DNA from: an uncultured Eubacteriales bacterium
Lineage (GTDB): Bacteria; Bacillota; Clostridia; Christensenellales; CAG-138
DNA: 64,000 nucleotides
Assembly (NCBI GenBank): GCA_900319345.1
Contig: ONNZ01000001.1
Coordinates: 2,739 to 66,738, forward strand
Direction: 5' to 3'
Below, piece by piece: positions 40,868 through 50,486 of this stretch (the stretch's first letter is position 1; every line of letters starts with the position of its first letter). The position numbers and the translations under genes are program-made. The notes beneath the pieces were generated by a model. It was not told the origin of the DNA and made no database searches. It saw nothing but the letters and a program-made list of their open reading frames with translations.

Positions 40868-41986
40868 TTGATTATGCAAAAACGGGCCCTTTGCCTGCTG
40901 CTTTGTCTGCTGTTCGTTTTCAGCGCGGCAGCATGTGGGAAAGACACGAACGGTGAAGTCGCAACGGCTGCACAGCCGATCGAACATACAGCAACAGCTA
41001 TCGAGACGGCAGTAACGACCACAGAGCCTACGACCATGGCGATCGTAGTGGGTACGCCCGCGCCTACGCCCACGCCCTCGCCCACGCCCACGCCTTCGCC
41101 GACCCCTACCCCTTCCCCCACGCCAGAAGCGACCCGGGAGCCGATCCCTGGGGATGTGACCACAATATTCCCCACTTATGACACCGGGACCGATGCAGAG
41201 TACAGCTATCAGTCCGAGGAGCTGCGCATCGCCATCGACAAGATCGAGGACGAGGATCTGCACCAGGTCTACTATGTGGCGGATATCTGGATCCGAAACA
41301 TCAGCGCCTTCCGCACCGGATTTGGCAACGGAGCGTATGACCACCGCACAGAGGATGCGGAGGACTTTGCGACGCGGGAGCATGCCGTACTGGGCGTCAA
41401 TGGGTCCTACAACAACGGCGTTCTGTTCCACAACGGCGAACTGGTACGCAAGACCGTGGATTCCAGTTTGGGAACAATGGTTCTATATAATGATGGCACC
41501 ATGAAAACTTTTAACACTGTTAAGGATGGATTCAATCTCAACAAAGAAATGAAAAAGGGAATCCGTCACATTTGGCAATTCGGCCCAGTATTGGTACAAA
41601 ATGGAAAAAACGTTTTGAAGGCCAGGAATATGATTCGTCATCCCCGCATCATGTTGGGATACTATGAGCCGGGTCATTACGTGGTGGTGACGGTGGACGG
41701 CCGGACTAAAAAGGCCATCGGCATGACGGAAGATGAACAGGCGGAGCTCATGCTCTCCCTGGGCTGCCAGGAGGCCATGAACCTGGACGGCGGCACCAGT
41801 GCCGTGATGGTCTTCATGGGTCAAATCATCAGCTCTCCCTCCAACATGGGCACCGGCCGAGCTGAAGGCGGGCGGGAGCTTTTGGATATGGTGCTTTTCG
41901 GCGAATATGACGCTGACGGCAATGCACCGGACCTGTCGGATATCCCTGCTGAAAAGTACTTCATGATGGATAAGGACGCCAACTGA
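40868..41986 (+). CDS. lipoprotein with phosphodiester glycosidase (NAGPA-like, DUF2233) domain
   Basis: Lipobox LFVFSAAAC, a Pro/Thr linker, then HAVLGVNGSY...WQFGPVLVQNG...RIMLGYYEPGHYVVVTVDGR...EAMNLDGGTSAVM. Confidence 0.75.
   Translation: MIMQKRALCLLLCLLFVFSAAACGKDTNGEVATAAQPIEHTATAIETAVTTTEPTTMAIVVGTPAPTPTPSPTPTPSPTPTPSPTPEATREPIPGDVTTIFPTYDTGTDAEYSYQSEELRIAIDKIEDEDLHQVYYVADIWIRNISAFRTGFGNGAYDHRTEDAEDFATREHAVLGVNGSYNNGVLFHNGELVRKTVDSSLGTMVLYNDGTMKTFNTVKDGFNLNKEMKKGIRHIWQFGPVLVQNGKNVLKARNMIRHPRIMLGYYEPGHYVVVTVDGRTKKAIGMTEDEQAELMLSLGCQEAMNLDGGTSAVMVFMGQIISSPSNMGTGRAEGGRELLDMVLFGEYDADGNAPDLSDIPAEKYFMMDKDAN
41054..41125. repeat. low-complexity PT(S) linker-coding repeat
   Basis: Encodes TPAPTPTPSPTPTPSPTPTPSPTP. 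Confidence 0.85.
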
Positions 41987-42063
41987 CACGATCACCGTGC
42001 GGATCGAAGCGACGTCCTGCTGGATCGTCCTCACGCCCCTAACAACTACCAAGAAGGAGCCCT

Positions 42064-43110
42064 ATGGAAACCCAAAACACCCCTAAAAAAAGACACGGTC
42101 TGAAGATCGCTTTGATCATCCTGGCTATCGTCCTGGTACTGGTGCTGGCCGCCGTCATCTATGGCGCCAGCCTGTGGAGCAACCTCCGCCAGAACCTGAT
42201 ACCGACCGTGCAAAAACCTGACCGAGACTCTGCCGCCGCGCTGGCGACGCCCTCTGCCGAACTTTTTGCCGAAGCCCTTCGGACCGATATCGACTACTAT
42301 GAGACCGGCGAGATCCAGGAAGTTCCCATCTATGAACAGGCCAAGATCGACAAGTATACCATCACTATGGCGGTTGTGGTCCAGCAGGGCAAGATCGATT
42401 CAGAGCCCCGGCAGACGGATATGATCTTCCTGGTATCGTACAACCAGCTGCAGCAAAAGCTCTCCATCGTCGCTCTGCCTCGAGATATGCTCCTGCCCAC
42501 TCATGAGTATGGATGGAAGCGTTTAGGTTCCATCTATGCCACCGGCGGCATCGGCATGCTGATCAATACGCTCAACGATTGCTTCGAGCTGGGCATTCAG
42601 AACTACGTCTACACCGGCACAGAGGAGTTGTCTCAGCTGGCGGATACCGTGAAGGGCGTCCCTGCCACTTTGACCGAAGCAGAAGCAGCTTATATCAACG
42701 AGAAGACCAGCTCAAATCTGTCCGCCGGCAGCCATCGGCTGAGCGGCAGCCAGGCCATCTGCTATCTATCGGACCGTGTCTCCGACGGCAAAGGGGATAT
42801 CGGCCGTGCAGAGAAGCAACTGGCTCTCATCAACGATACGTTTTGGTATCTCACGGATAACTTCGATCGAGAGTATTTATTCCCACTCTTCGCCACGATC
42901 TTTGACTGTATTCGTACCAATTTGGATTGGGACACGCTTTCCGGCATCGTCTATGAGATCGCTGTTTCCAACGATCTCATAGTCACCACGGTCCGTCTCC
43001 CCTTTGATGATTCTTACAGTGAAATAATGTATGATGACGCATACTCCATCCTGCCGGAGATAGAGAAGAACAGAATTTTAATTCAACAAGTTTTATTTGG
43101 AAAGGAATGA
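42064..43110 (+). CDS. LytR-CpsA-Psr (LCP) family protein, second copy
   Basis: 348 aa. N-terminal TM, and the LCP core DMIFLVSYNQLQQKLSIVALPRDMLLP...LSDRVSDGKGDIGRAEKQ. Confidence 0.85.
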   Translation: METQNTPKKRHGLKIALIILAIVLVLVLAAVIYGASLWSNLRQNLIPTVQKPDRDSAAALATPSAELFAEALRTDIDYYETGEIQEVPIYEQAKIDKYTITMAVVVQQGKIDSEPRQTDMIFLVSYNQLQQKLSIVALPRDMLLPTHEYGWKRLGSIYATGGIGMLINTLNDCFELGIQNYVYTGTEELSQLADTVKGVPATLTEAEAAYINEKTSSNLSAGSHRLSGSQAICYLSDRVSDGKGDIGRAEKQLALINDTFWYLTDNFDREYLFPLFATIFDCIRTNLDWDTLSGIVYEIAVSNDLIVTTVRLPFDDSYSEIMYDDAYSILPEIEKNRILIQQVLFGKE

Positions 43111-43164
43111 TCCGTTTTATTCTATGTTTGTTTTGTCGATTACTTCGCTGGAGAGGGTTGAATA

Positions 43165-44625
43165 ATGAATAATAAGCAAATCGATGTGCGCATTACTGAC
43201 CTGTTGGCAATGCTGTTGAAGAGGTTGAAAGCGATCTTATGTTTTGCCTTGATCCTTGGGCTATTGGGAAGCATTTACGGAGCCGTCTCCTTCGTGAAAG
43301 CGCAGCCCCAGGCGAAGCAAGTCGATGCAGTAGACGCTGAGAAAAAGGTTAAGATAGCCGAGTTGCGTTTGGCCAGGGCTGAAAACGCACTGTCTTTTCG
43401 GGACCGTGTGGAAATCCCTAACGCTGAGCAAGATATAGAGCATCTTGAACATACGATCCAGCAGCTACGAGAATACATGAAGGACAGCATCTACTATGGC
43501 ATGAACCCATATCACCGTGGAGCCGCTCATCTCCGCTTTTCCGTAGAGGTCGACAATACCGGAGACCAAGCTGCAGCGAACGCAGTCGAGGATACACGAG
43601 CCGGGATCATTGTGGCCTATACTCAAATGTTTCCCTGTGATTCAACGACCCTCTCACAGATCCAAGAGATCATGGGCATTGAAAAGCAAGAGTATATCAA
43701 AGAGCTGATTACTGTCAGCGATGACGATGATCACCATGTCGTTGATATCTGTGTTCGGTATGATGACCTGCAAATAGCGGACCAGACCCTAACCTATCTA
43801 TATCAGACCATGACGGCACGAGCAAAGGAGAGCTTACCGAAGCATCAAGTCCAAGTGCTTTCCTCTTTTTCTGGCTATGAAGTGGATCACTCCATGATCA
43901 TAAGCCATGAGGCCAATGAAAAAGCGCTGCAAAACGCCGAATCTGCTTTGCAAAATGCTGAAAAAAAGTTTAAGTCCCTGACGAGCGAAGCTAATGATGA
44001 AAAGGCGGTGATATTGGAAGCTTCCCAAGCACTGCACTCTGCGCAGGAAGAGCTGCAGGATGCTCAAAACGATCACGTCAGTCATCGTATAAGCCGCCGT
44101 GCTATGTTGAAACGCGCCGTCAAGTTTAGTTTGTTCGGCGGGCTCGTTGGCCTTATGCTCGGCTGCTGCATCGTTTTGTTGAAAGGGCTGTTCAGCGGCG
44201 TCATTCAAAATCAAAGTGATATCACCAATCGCTATCCCTTCCCTCTGATAGGCGTCATGCCGTTTACTAAGAAAAGATGGTTCGATAAGCTGATTCGCAG
44301 ATTGGAAGGTGAATCGACCGTCGACAACGCTTCCATCATACAGGCCACCGTCCAAAGCCTGATTTCTCGTGTGGATGATCGTTCCGTCTGTCTGATTTCC
44401 TCCGGCAGCCGCAACTCCGCCGATTTGATCGCATCTTATACAGAAAACAGGGTCCAAACCATTGGCAGTATCCTTGATAATGCGGAAGCCATCAGGAAAC
44501 TATCTGAGTTCACAGGCGTAGTACTTGTGGAAGAGCGTGGCAAATCTCGAATAGACTCCATCGACGCCGAGATACTGCGTGCAAAATCACTTGGAAAAGA
44601 TATCATCGGCATAGTATTGATATAG
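43165..44625 (+). CDS. Wzz-like polysaccharide co-polymerase fused to a degenerate (P-loop-less) BY-kinase-like C-terminal domain
   Basis: 486 aa. TM1 is AILCFALILGLLGSIYGAV. A long coiled-coil ectodomain follows, then TM2 FSLFGGLVGLMLGCCIVLL. The cytoplasmic tail FPLIGVMPF...VCLISSGSRNSADLIASY...GVVLVEERGKSRIDSIDAE...IIGIVLI follows the kinase layout. It lacks the GK[ST] Walker A, the DxD motif, Walker B and a Tyr cluster. Confidence 0.7.
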   Translation: MNNKQIDVRITDLLAMLLKRLKAILCFALILGLLGSIYGAVSFVKAQPQAKQVDAVDAEKKVKIAELRLARAENALSFRDRVEIPNAEQDIEHLEHTIQQLREYMKDSIYYGMNPYHRGAAHLRFSVEVDNTGDQAAANAVEDTRAGIIVAYTQMFPCDSTTLSQIQEIMGIEKQEYIKELITVSDDDDHHVVDICVRYDDLQIADQTLTYLYQTMTARAKESLPKHQVQVLSSFSGYEVDHSMIISHEANEKALQNAESALQNAEKKFKSLTSEANDEKAVILEASQALHSAQEELQDAQNDHVSHRISRRAMLKRAVKFSLFGGLVGLMLGCCIVLLKGLFSGVIQNQSDITNRYPFPLIGVMPFTKKRWFDKLIRRLEGESTVDNASIIQATVQSLISRVDDRSVCLISSGSRNSADLIASYTENRVQTIGSILDNAEAIRKLSEFTGVVLVEERGKSRIDSIDAEILRAKSLGKDIIGIVLI

Positions 44626-44656
44626 TCCCTGTCCCCCTTGCTGTTTAAATGAAAAA

Positions 44657-44706
44657 GGGCATTTCAAGACCATATACCGGTCATGAAATGCCCTGTTCTT
44701 TTTTCA
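44657..44706. terminator. bidirectional terminator between convergent units
   Basis: A long hairpin gggcatttcaagacc...ggtcatgaaatgccc, preceded by AAAAA and followed by TGTTCTTTTTTC. Confidence 0.75.
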
Positions 44707-44720
44707 GTTTTTTTGTGCGA

Positions 44721-45884
44721 TCAGGAACCGCTCTTGTACCTATCGCGTATAGCCTGTCGAATCTGCGTGCTGCTGGTGCTAAGCGTGTAGGGCAGGTAGA
44801 TGATGCGCACTTGCTTGTCTGCGAAAAAAGCTTCATACCGTTTGAATCTGTCTGTACCCTGATAGTCGGAGCCCACAAACAGGCGATCAAAATGAAGCTT
44901 CTCCCACGCCGTACTGTCTTCCACCTCTGCATCGACAACTTTATCCACATATTTGCAGGCGGCAACAATCTGCTTCCTTTCTGCAAGTGGAATAAACGTT
45001 TCCTTCCCCTTCCATTCCCCGCTGTCATGGACGCCTACAATCAGATAATCGCATTGCTTTTTTGCCCTTTGAAGCAGGTTCAAATGTCCCACATGAAATA
45101 GGTCAAATGTCCCGGAAAGATATCCGATAACAACTCTCTTCTCATTCATCGCCCTGCCGGATGCTTTTTTATACTGATAACTGTAGAGTCCATACTCGTG
45201 AGGATCGTGATTATATCGTTCAATTACCCCTTTAAATATCTCCTCGTACTGTGGTATGAACAGGCAATCCGAAGCCAGGATGTGCTCGACGATATCTTCC
45301 GCCAGGCCTTTTAGTAGATCCAGCTGATTGTGTCCACCATAAAAACTTGACCCTTTGAAAGAAGCTGGTGAAACATTCAAAATACGATTCTTTGTCCCGG
45401 AAGCTTCCAATTCAATGTTTACACTCTCAATGCATCTGCATACAGCAGCCTTCGAAGCGGCATATACAGCTGCCATTGGAGAGGATATGAAACCGGAGAT
45501 GGATCCCATGACGCCGCATAAAAAAATATCGTTGCTTTTGATCCTATCATAGAATAGCCGCAGGATACGCAACGTGGAAGTCGCGTTCACCGTCATCATG
45601 TTCTTGATCTCAGCCGTATGAAAGAATTCAAAGTCTGCTACCCTGCCAAATCCAGCCGTGATCATCAGCAGCTTTATTTCATCGTCCGCGGCAAAAGCCG
45701 TTATCAATTCTTCGTCCAGATCCAGTAAATCGCAATATTGGTAATTGAATTTGTCCTCCGGAAGAATGCCCACTTCAGGATGGCGAATGTCCAATATTTC
45801 CACTAAAAAACCGCGGTTTATAAGATTGTCTACAATAGCGAGTCCAACGCCGTTGCTGCCGCCAATAACAAGCGCCTTTTCCAT
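44721..45884 (-). CDS. bifunctional short-chain dehydrogenase/reductase (N) + TagD-type cytidylyltransferase (C)
   Basis: 387 aa. The N-domain has ALVIGGSNGVGLAI and YAASKAAV (SDR YxxxK). The C-domain has GTFDLFHVGHLNLLQRAK (HxGH) and YTLSTSSTQIR (RTxGISTT-like). Confidence 0.8.
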   Translation of the reverse strand: MEKALVIGGSNGVGLAIVDNLINRGFLVEILDIRHPEVGILPEDKFNYQYCDLLDLDEELITAFAADDEIKLLMITAGFGRVADFEFFHTAEIKNMMTVNATSTLRILRLFYDRIKSNDIFLCGVMGSISGFISSPMAAVYAASKAAVCRCIESVNIELEASGTKNRILNVSPASFKGSSFYGGHNQLDLLKGLAEDIVEHILASDCLFIPQYEEIFKGVIERYNHDPHEYGLYSYQYKKASGRAMNEKRVVIGYLSGTFDLFHVGHLNLLQRAKKQCDYLIVGVHDSGEWKGKETFIPLAERKQIVAACKYVDKVVDAEVEDSTAWEKLHFDRLFVGSDYQGTDRFKRYEAFFADKQVRIIYLPYTLSTSSTQIRQAIRDRYKSGS

Positions 45885-45925
45885 ATCGATCCCTCCAAAA
45901 ACCGTGTTTTGTTCTGATATGTATC

Positions 45926-46741
45926 TTAATCTGGGAATTTGATGGTCCTGATCGATAAATGTTTGATATCCTTTGCAGGAGGAGGCGTCATATAATCCCC
46001 GTATTTCAGCGTGAGGTACGTGTCATAATCCTTGACCACTCTTAGTTTCTTGCCCTCGAAATCAACATCGATATACTCATCGAAACAGCTGCTGGGCAGG
46101 CCGAAGATACATTCCTTTCTAAAATAAGGGAAAGTATAGTGGCGCATCAGCTTTGTTTTCTTCCGGTTTGTCCTTTTCGTCAATTTATCCTGCCACGTGA
46201 ACACCCACTCTTTTGGAATCTTATCAAGCAATGTATACCACGCGCGAAGAGCCGGCGACTTAGCATTCTTCTTTCCTGAAATCGAGTATTGACATTTTCG
46301 AATGCAATAAATAGCGGCATAATGTAGCCTGCGAGCAAGAAAGCCGTCCGGAACATTGTCGTATACAAAGATGTCAGTAAAGATGCCATCCTGCAATTTC
46401 AAATGTTCCTGACCTACCTGTATAAAACTCGTTCCCTTCATTTTGATCTTAGAATACCCCCAGGGATACTCTGGATCTGTTCTGTGTTCCTGCAGGAAGA
46501 ATCTATCATGATCAAGGTCTTTTTTGCAGGCCTCGAAAAATTTCTCATACTCGACTCGCGACATGGAGATATCAGCATCATCATCCCAAGGGATGAAACC
46601 GTGCTCTCGCACAGCACCGATCATGGTGCCGCCCTCCAGCGTATACTCGATCCCATTTTTCCGGCATACCCTATCGACTTCACAAACAAGCTCAAGGCAT
46701 ACCCCCTGCAGCTTTTTCAGTTCTTCCGGACTCAAGACCAT
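45926..46741 (-). CDS. LicD-family phosphotransferase (paralog 2)
   Basis: 271 aa from ATG 46741 (AAGGAGAG RBS). MIGAVREHGFIPWDDDADISM. Confidence 0.88.
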   Translation of the reverse strand: MVLSPEELKKLQGVCLELVCEVDRVCRKNGIEYTLEGGTMIGAVREHGFIPWDDDADISMSRVEYEKFFEACKKDLDHDRFFLQEHRTDPEYPWGYSKIKMKGTSFIQVGQEHLKLQDGIFTDIFVYDNVPDGFLARRLHYAAIYCIRKCQYSISGKKNAKSPALRAWYTLLDKIPKEWVFTWQDKLTKRTNRKKTKLMRHYTFPYFRKECIFGLPSSCFDEYIDVDFEGKKLRVVKDYDTYLTLKYGDYMTPPPAKDIKHLSIRTIKFPD

Positions 46742-46784
46742 CGTCAATCTCTCCTTGATATTTGTTTTTTGTTCTATACACGCA

Positions 46785-48062
46785 TCAGCTGATTTCCAGA
46801 TAGTTTCTATGATAATGCTCCTCAATCACCTTTACGATAGCCCTTGAGGTCTCTGTGCTGATATAATAATTTCCTTTTCCGCTTTCTACAGCCTTCGCAA
46901 AGGCTACGATCTCATATCGTATCCCTTCTCCATCCAGCTGGTAAAAATATCTTTTGTTCTCTGCCGGGTTCTCAAAGCGTACCTCAAAATAATCGGTCTT
47001 CCACCATGGGGCTGGGACATAGATATATCCTTTGGTCCCCGTTATGACCAGCTCGCCTTCCGCTTTGGCGACCTTTGCTATCTTCACGGAAGCTACGGCT
47101 TTGTCATAGAGAAAATCTACTTTTGTAAATCCGTCGTAGTTCAAATCCTTGTTGATCAGTTTGGTAACAATTGTTTTCGACTTATACCCTGACCCCAACA
47201 GTTGAAACACCGGCAGCATGGCAGTGGGGCCCCATGCACAGATGCTGTTCTGCTTTTTACTTAAGTCTGCCCCTTCTTCTCCTGCTCCGTCCACAAGGCT
47301 TGTACATACGGTATCCACGGAAACGATGTCTCCAATACGCCCGCTTTTGGCAACAACGAGCAGGCGCGAATAAGCTGTCGAATACGCGGTCTTGATACCG
47401 TCCTCTAAAATGAGGCCGTTTTTCTTTGCCAAGCCCGACAGTTCCTCAAATTGAGAGACTGTTTTTGCAATCGGTGATTCACAGATAACGTGTTTTCCCG
47501 CTTCCAGCGCTCGTTTCACATCCTCGTAATGTCTGTCAGGATGCGTCGCAATATACACTGCGTCCACATTCTCCATGATTTCATCGCATTCAACATACTC
47601 GACACCGTTCACATACTGTGTTTCTCGAATAAACTTGTTGCAAACGCTTCCATTGCCGACTGTCCCAATGCGCAGCTTCCGGTTTTTCGCTCTGATATCC
47701 GAGCTGGATATGCCCAACGTCCTTGGAAGATAAATGACCTTACAATACTCATTCAGATAATCGAATTTCCCCTCCCAGTCGGAGCCGATGGCAAAGATGT
47801 CCACATTATAGCGACGGATATCGTCGATTTTCTGTCCCTCATATTCTTCGACGATGATTTCGTCCGCCAATCCCGTCTCCTTAATGGCAGCGATACGTTC
47901 CATAAGGGATTGCTGATTGTTGATCTTCCCGCGAGTTTTATCGTAGTCGTCACTGGTTACTCCAACGATCAAATAGTCTCCAAGCGCTTTTGCTCGTTCC
48001 AGTAGTCTGATATGCCCATAGTGAAGCAAATCGTATGTCCCGTAGGTAATTACTTTTATCAT
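46785..48062 (-). CDS. bifunctional TagD-type glycerol-3-phosphate cytidylyltransferase (N) + Gfo/Idh/MocA oxidoreductase (C)
   Basis: 425 aa. The N-terminal 130 aa (MIKVITYGTYDLLHYGHIRLLERAKALGDYLIVGV...GSDWEGKFDYL...VIYLPRTLGISSSDIR) are collinear with B. subtilis TagD as I remember it. The C-domain LRIGTVGNGSV...AVYIATHPDRHYEDVKRALEAGKHVICESP is the Gfo/Idh/MocA Rossmann fold. Confidence 0.85.
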   Translation of the reverse strand: MIKVITYGTYDLLHYGHIRLLERAKALGDYLIVGVTSDDYDKTRGKINNQQSLMERIAAIKETGLADEIIVEEYEGQKIDDIRRYNVDIFAIGSDWEGKFDYLNEYCKVIYLPRTLGISSSDIRAKNRKLRIGTVGNGSVCNKFIRETQYVNGVEYVECDEIMENVDAVYIATHPDRHYEDVKRALEAGKHVICESPIAKTVSQFEELSGLAKKNGLILEDGIKTAYSTAYSRLLVVAKSGRIGDIVSVDTVCTSLVDGAGEEGADLSKKQNSICAWGPTAMLPVFQLLGSGYKSKTIVTKLINKDLNYDGFTKVDFLYDKAVASVKIAKVAKAEGELVITGTKGYIYVPAPWWKTDYFEVRFENPAENKRYFYQLDGEGIRYEIVAFAKAVESGKGNYYISTETSRAIVKVIEEHYHRNYLEIS

Positions 48063-48109
48063 GTTTTTCCTTCCTGAGCCTCTTATCTGCCCACAGACAA
48101 ATCTTCGTA

Positions 48110-49183
48110 CTATATTTTCCCTTTCACCTGCATGTCTTTTAATGCATTGATAAGAATGGTATTATCTTCTGGACACAAATGGCCGATATGCCCGACCCGA
48201 AAAACCTTGCTCTTCAAATCTCCGCCGTTTGGGCAAATCCAAATGCCATAATGATCCTTTAGTTCCGTAAAGATTTCAAAAGCATCTGCGTGCAAAGGAT
48301 GAACTGAGGTTACACCGTTTGCCGGAGATTCAGAGACGAATTCAAACGGAAATCCTTTAATTTTCTCTCTAAAATCCTTTGCCTGACTGGCAACGCGAGC
48401 GACCTCTCGATCTGCTCCACCTCCAGCGTCAATCTCGTTCAGCCGCGTGTTGATCTGCCGCAGGATACCGACCGCAGGCGTAAACGGTGTTTGTCCTCGT
48501 TCCATATTCTTTAAGGCGTCGGCCAAATTGAAATACATGGACTTAACTTTTTTACAATTCACTCGGTCTACAGCGCGTGGTGAAAGGATGATGATTGAAA
48601 TCCCAGGGGGGCACGCAAGTGCTTTCTGAGAGCCAGTAATCATGACATCCGCCCCGCAATGCGCCATATCAAATGGATCTGCAAGAAATGCTGAAACGCA
48701 GTCGCACACATAGAAGGCATGATTTTTGCGACAGAATTCCCCAATCATCTCTGAATCATAAAGAACGCCTGTAGAAGTCTCATCGATATTGACCAGTACC
48801 CCCGTGAATCCTCGTCCGTCATATTGATATAGGGCTTCTTTGGTGAGCTTTTGCCCCGGATTTAGACGAATCGCTTCATGGGGGATCTCATGTATTTCAC
48901 AAAGCTCGACAAAACGATGTCCGAAACTTCCTCCGTCCACGACCAATACCAAATCCTTCTCGGAGAAGCAATTCATGACGACTGCTTCCATAGAACCTGT
49001 GGAGGAATTCGTCATGAAGACTGCTTTTGATCCCTCTGGTGCTTTTGCAAACCGAAGTATGAGCTGTTCGTTCTCTTTCATGACCGCCGAGAACTCCGGC
49101 GTTCTGAAATAAGGCACCTGCTCCGCACCCACAGCGCATACTTCTTCGCTACACATGACAGGACCGACCGTGAAATTTAGCAT
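48110..49183 (-). CDS. class-V (AGT/SPT/PhnW-like) pyridoxal-phosphate aminotransferase
   Basis: 357 aa. FTVGPV...YFRTPEF..., and the PLP-lysine context [13 protein letters not shown]. Confidence 0.8.
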   Translation of the reverse strand: MLNFTVGPVMCSEEVCAVGAEQVPYFRTPEFSAVMKENEQLILRFAKAPEGSKAVFMTNSSTGSMEAVVMNCFSEKDLVLVVDGGSFGHRFVELCEIHEIPHEAIRLNPGQKLTKEALYQYDGRGFTGVLVNIDETSTGVLYDSEMIGEFCRKNHAFYVCDCVSAFLADPFDMAHCGADVMITGSQKALACPPGISIIILSPRAVDRVNCKKVKSMYFNLADALKNMERGQTPFTPAVGILRQINTRLNEIDAGGGADREVARVASQAKDFREKIKGFPFEFVSESPANGVTSVHPLHADAFEIFTELKDHYGIWICPNGGDLKSKVFRVGHIGHLCPEDNTILINALKDMQVKGKI

Positions 49184-49250
49184 TTTATTCTCCTTCTATG
49201 CTATAAATGATCAAAAACATGAATGAATGAGACACATGGGATGAGAGTGC

Positions 49251-50486
49251 TCACACGCCCTCAAAGAATGTATCCGGATGCCGGGGATCGAAGATTTCAT
49301 TTGCCCACATTACGGTGACCAGGTTTTCCGTGTCGGAGAGATTGATGATATTGTGGGTGTATCCCGGCAGCATATGGACAGCCTGGATACGGTCGCCAGA
49401 GACCTCAAACTCGATGACTTCGTCCGTACCGATCTTGCGCTCCTGGATGAGGCCGTGACCGGCGACAACGATGAAGAACTCCCACTTGCTGTTGTGCCAG
49501 TGCTGTCCCTTCGTGATCCCAGGCTTAGAGATATTTACACTGAACTGACCGTGATCTGTGGTTTTCAGCAATTCCGTAAAGCTGCCGCGGGCGTCGCAGT
49601 TCATCTTTAGATCGAAGGCCACCTTGTCCTTGGGGAGATACGAAAGATACATGGAATATAGCTTCTTTTCAAAGCTGCCGTCAGGGATCGCGGGCATGAC
49701 CAGCGTCTGCGGCTGATCGTGGAACGTATGCAGCAGCTCTACGATGCGCCCGAGCGTGGCCTTGTGCGTGATCGGTGCATAGCAATAGCGTCCGTCCTCA
49801 CAGGGGCGCGGCGTCAGGCCGTCGTAGGGTATGCCGTCGACGACCTCCCCGGCCTTCGGATACTCCGCTCGATGGGGATGCCCCTCCATGGCGTCGTACA
49901 TCTCCTCGATCAGATCCTCCACGAACAGCATTTCAAGCTCCACGCTCGGATCGTTGACCGTGATGGGCAGATCGTTGGCGATGTTGTTGCAGAAGGTGCC
50001 GACCGCCGAATTGTAGTTCGGCCGTACCCACTTGCCCACAAGATTCGGAAAGCGATAGACGTACACCGTGGTGCCGGTCTCCTGGGCATAGCGGAAGAAC
50101 AGCTCCTCGCCATCCCGTTTAGAAAGACCGTATTCAGAGGTTCCGAACCGCCCCGCCAGCGTCGCCTGCAGACTGCTGCTGAGCATCACGGGGCAATTGT
50201 TGTTATGTTTTTTCAACGTATCCAGCAAAGTCGAAGCAAAGCCAAAGTTGCCCTCTTTGAATTCCTTCGGATCCTTGGGGCGATTGACACCGGCGAGGTT
50301 GAATACGAAATCGCAAACGGAGCAATAGGTGTCCAGCTCCTCCAGCGTGTTGTTCAGATCATACTCGTAGATAGTGTCGATATGTAAACTAGGCCGCGTC
50401 CGGTTCTTCCCGTCCCGGATGCACTTGAGATTCTCCACAAGGTTCCGACCGACGAAGCCTTTAGCGCCAGTAACGAGGATCTTCAT
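49251..50486 (-). CDS. capF: CapF/FnlB-type UDP-2-acetamido-2,6-dideoxy-hexulose epimerase/reductase (SDR domain + cupin domain)
   Basis: 411 aa from ATG 50486 (ATGA overlap with the capG stop). MKILVTGAKGFVGRNL...; C-terminal cupin GSFTELLK...KGQHWHNSKWEFFIVV. The track ORF carries a spurious N-terminal extension. Confidence 0.8.
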   Translation of the reverse strand: MKILVTGAKGFVGRNLVENLKCIRDGKNRTRPSLHIDTIYEYDLNNTLEELDTYCSVCDFVFNLAGVNRPKDPKEFKEGNFGFASTLLDTLKKHNNNCPVMLSSSLQATLAGRFGTSEYGLSKRDGEELFFRYAQETGTTVYVYRFPNLVGKWVRPNYNSAVGTFCNNIANDLPITVNDPSVELEMLFVEDLIEEMYDAMEGHPHRAEYPKAGEVVDGIPYDGLTPRPCEDGRYCYAPITHKATLGRIVELLHTFHDQPQTLVMPAIPDGSFEKKLYSMYLSYLPKDKVAFDLKMNCDARGSFTELLKTTDHGQFSVNISKPGITKGQHWHNSKWEFFIVVAGHGLIQERKIGTDEVIEFEVSGDRIQAVHMLPGYTHNIINLSDTENLVTVMWANEIFDPRHPDTFFEGV

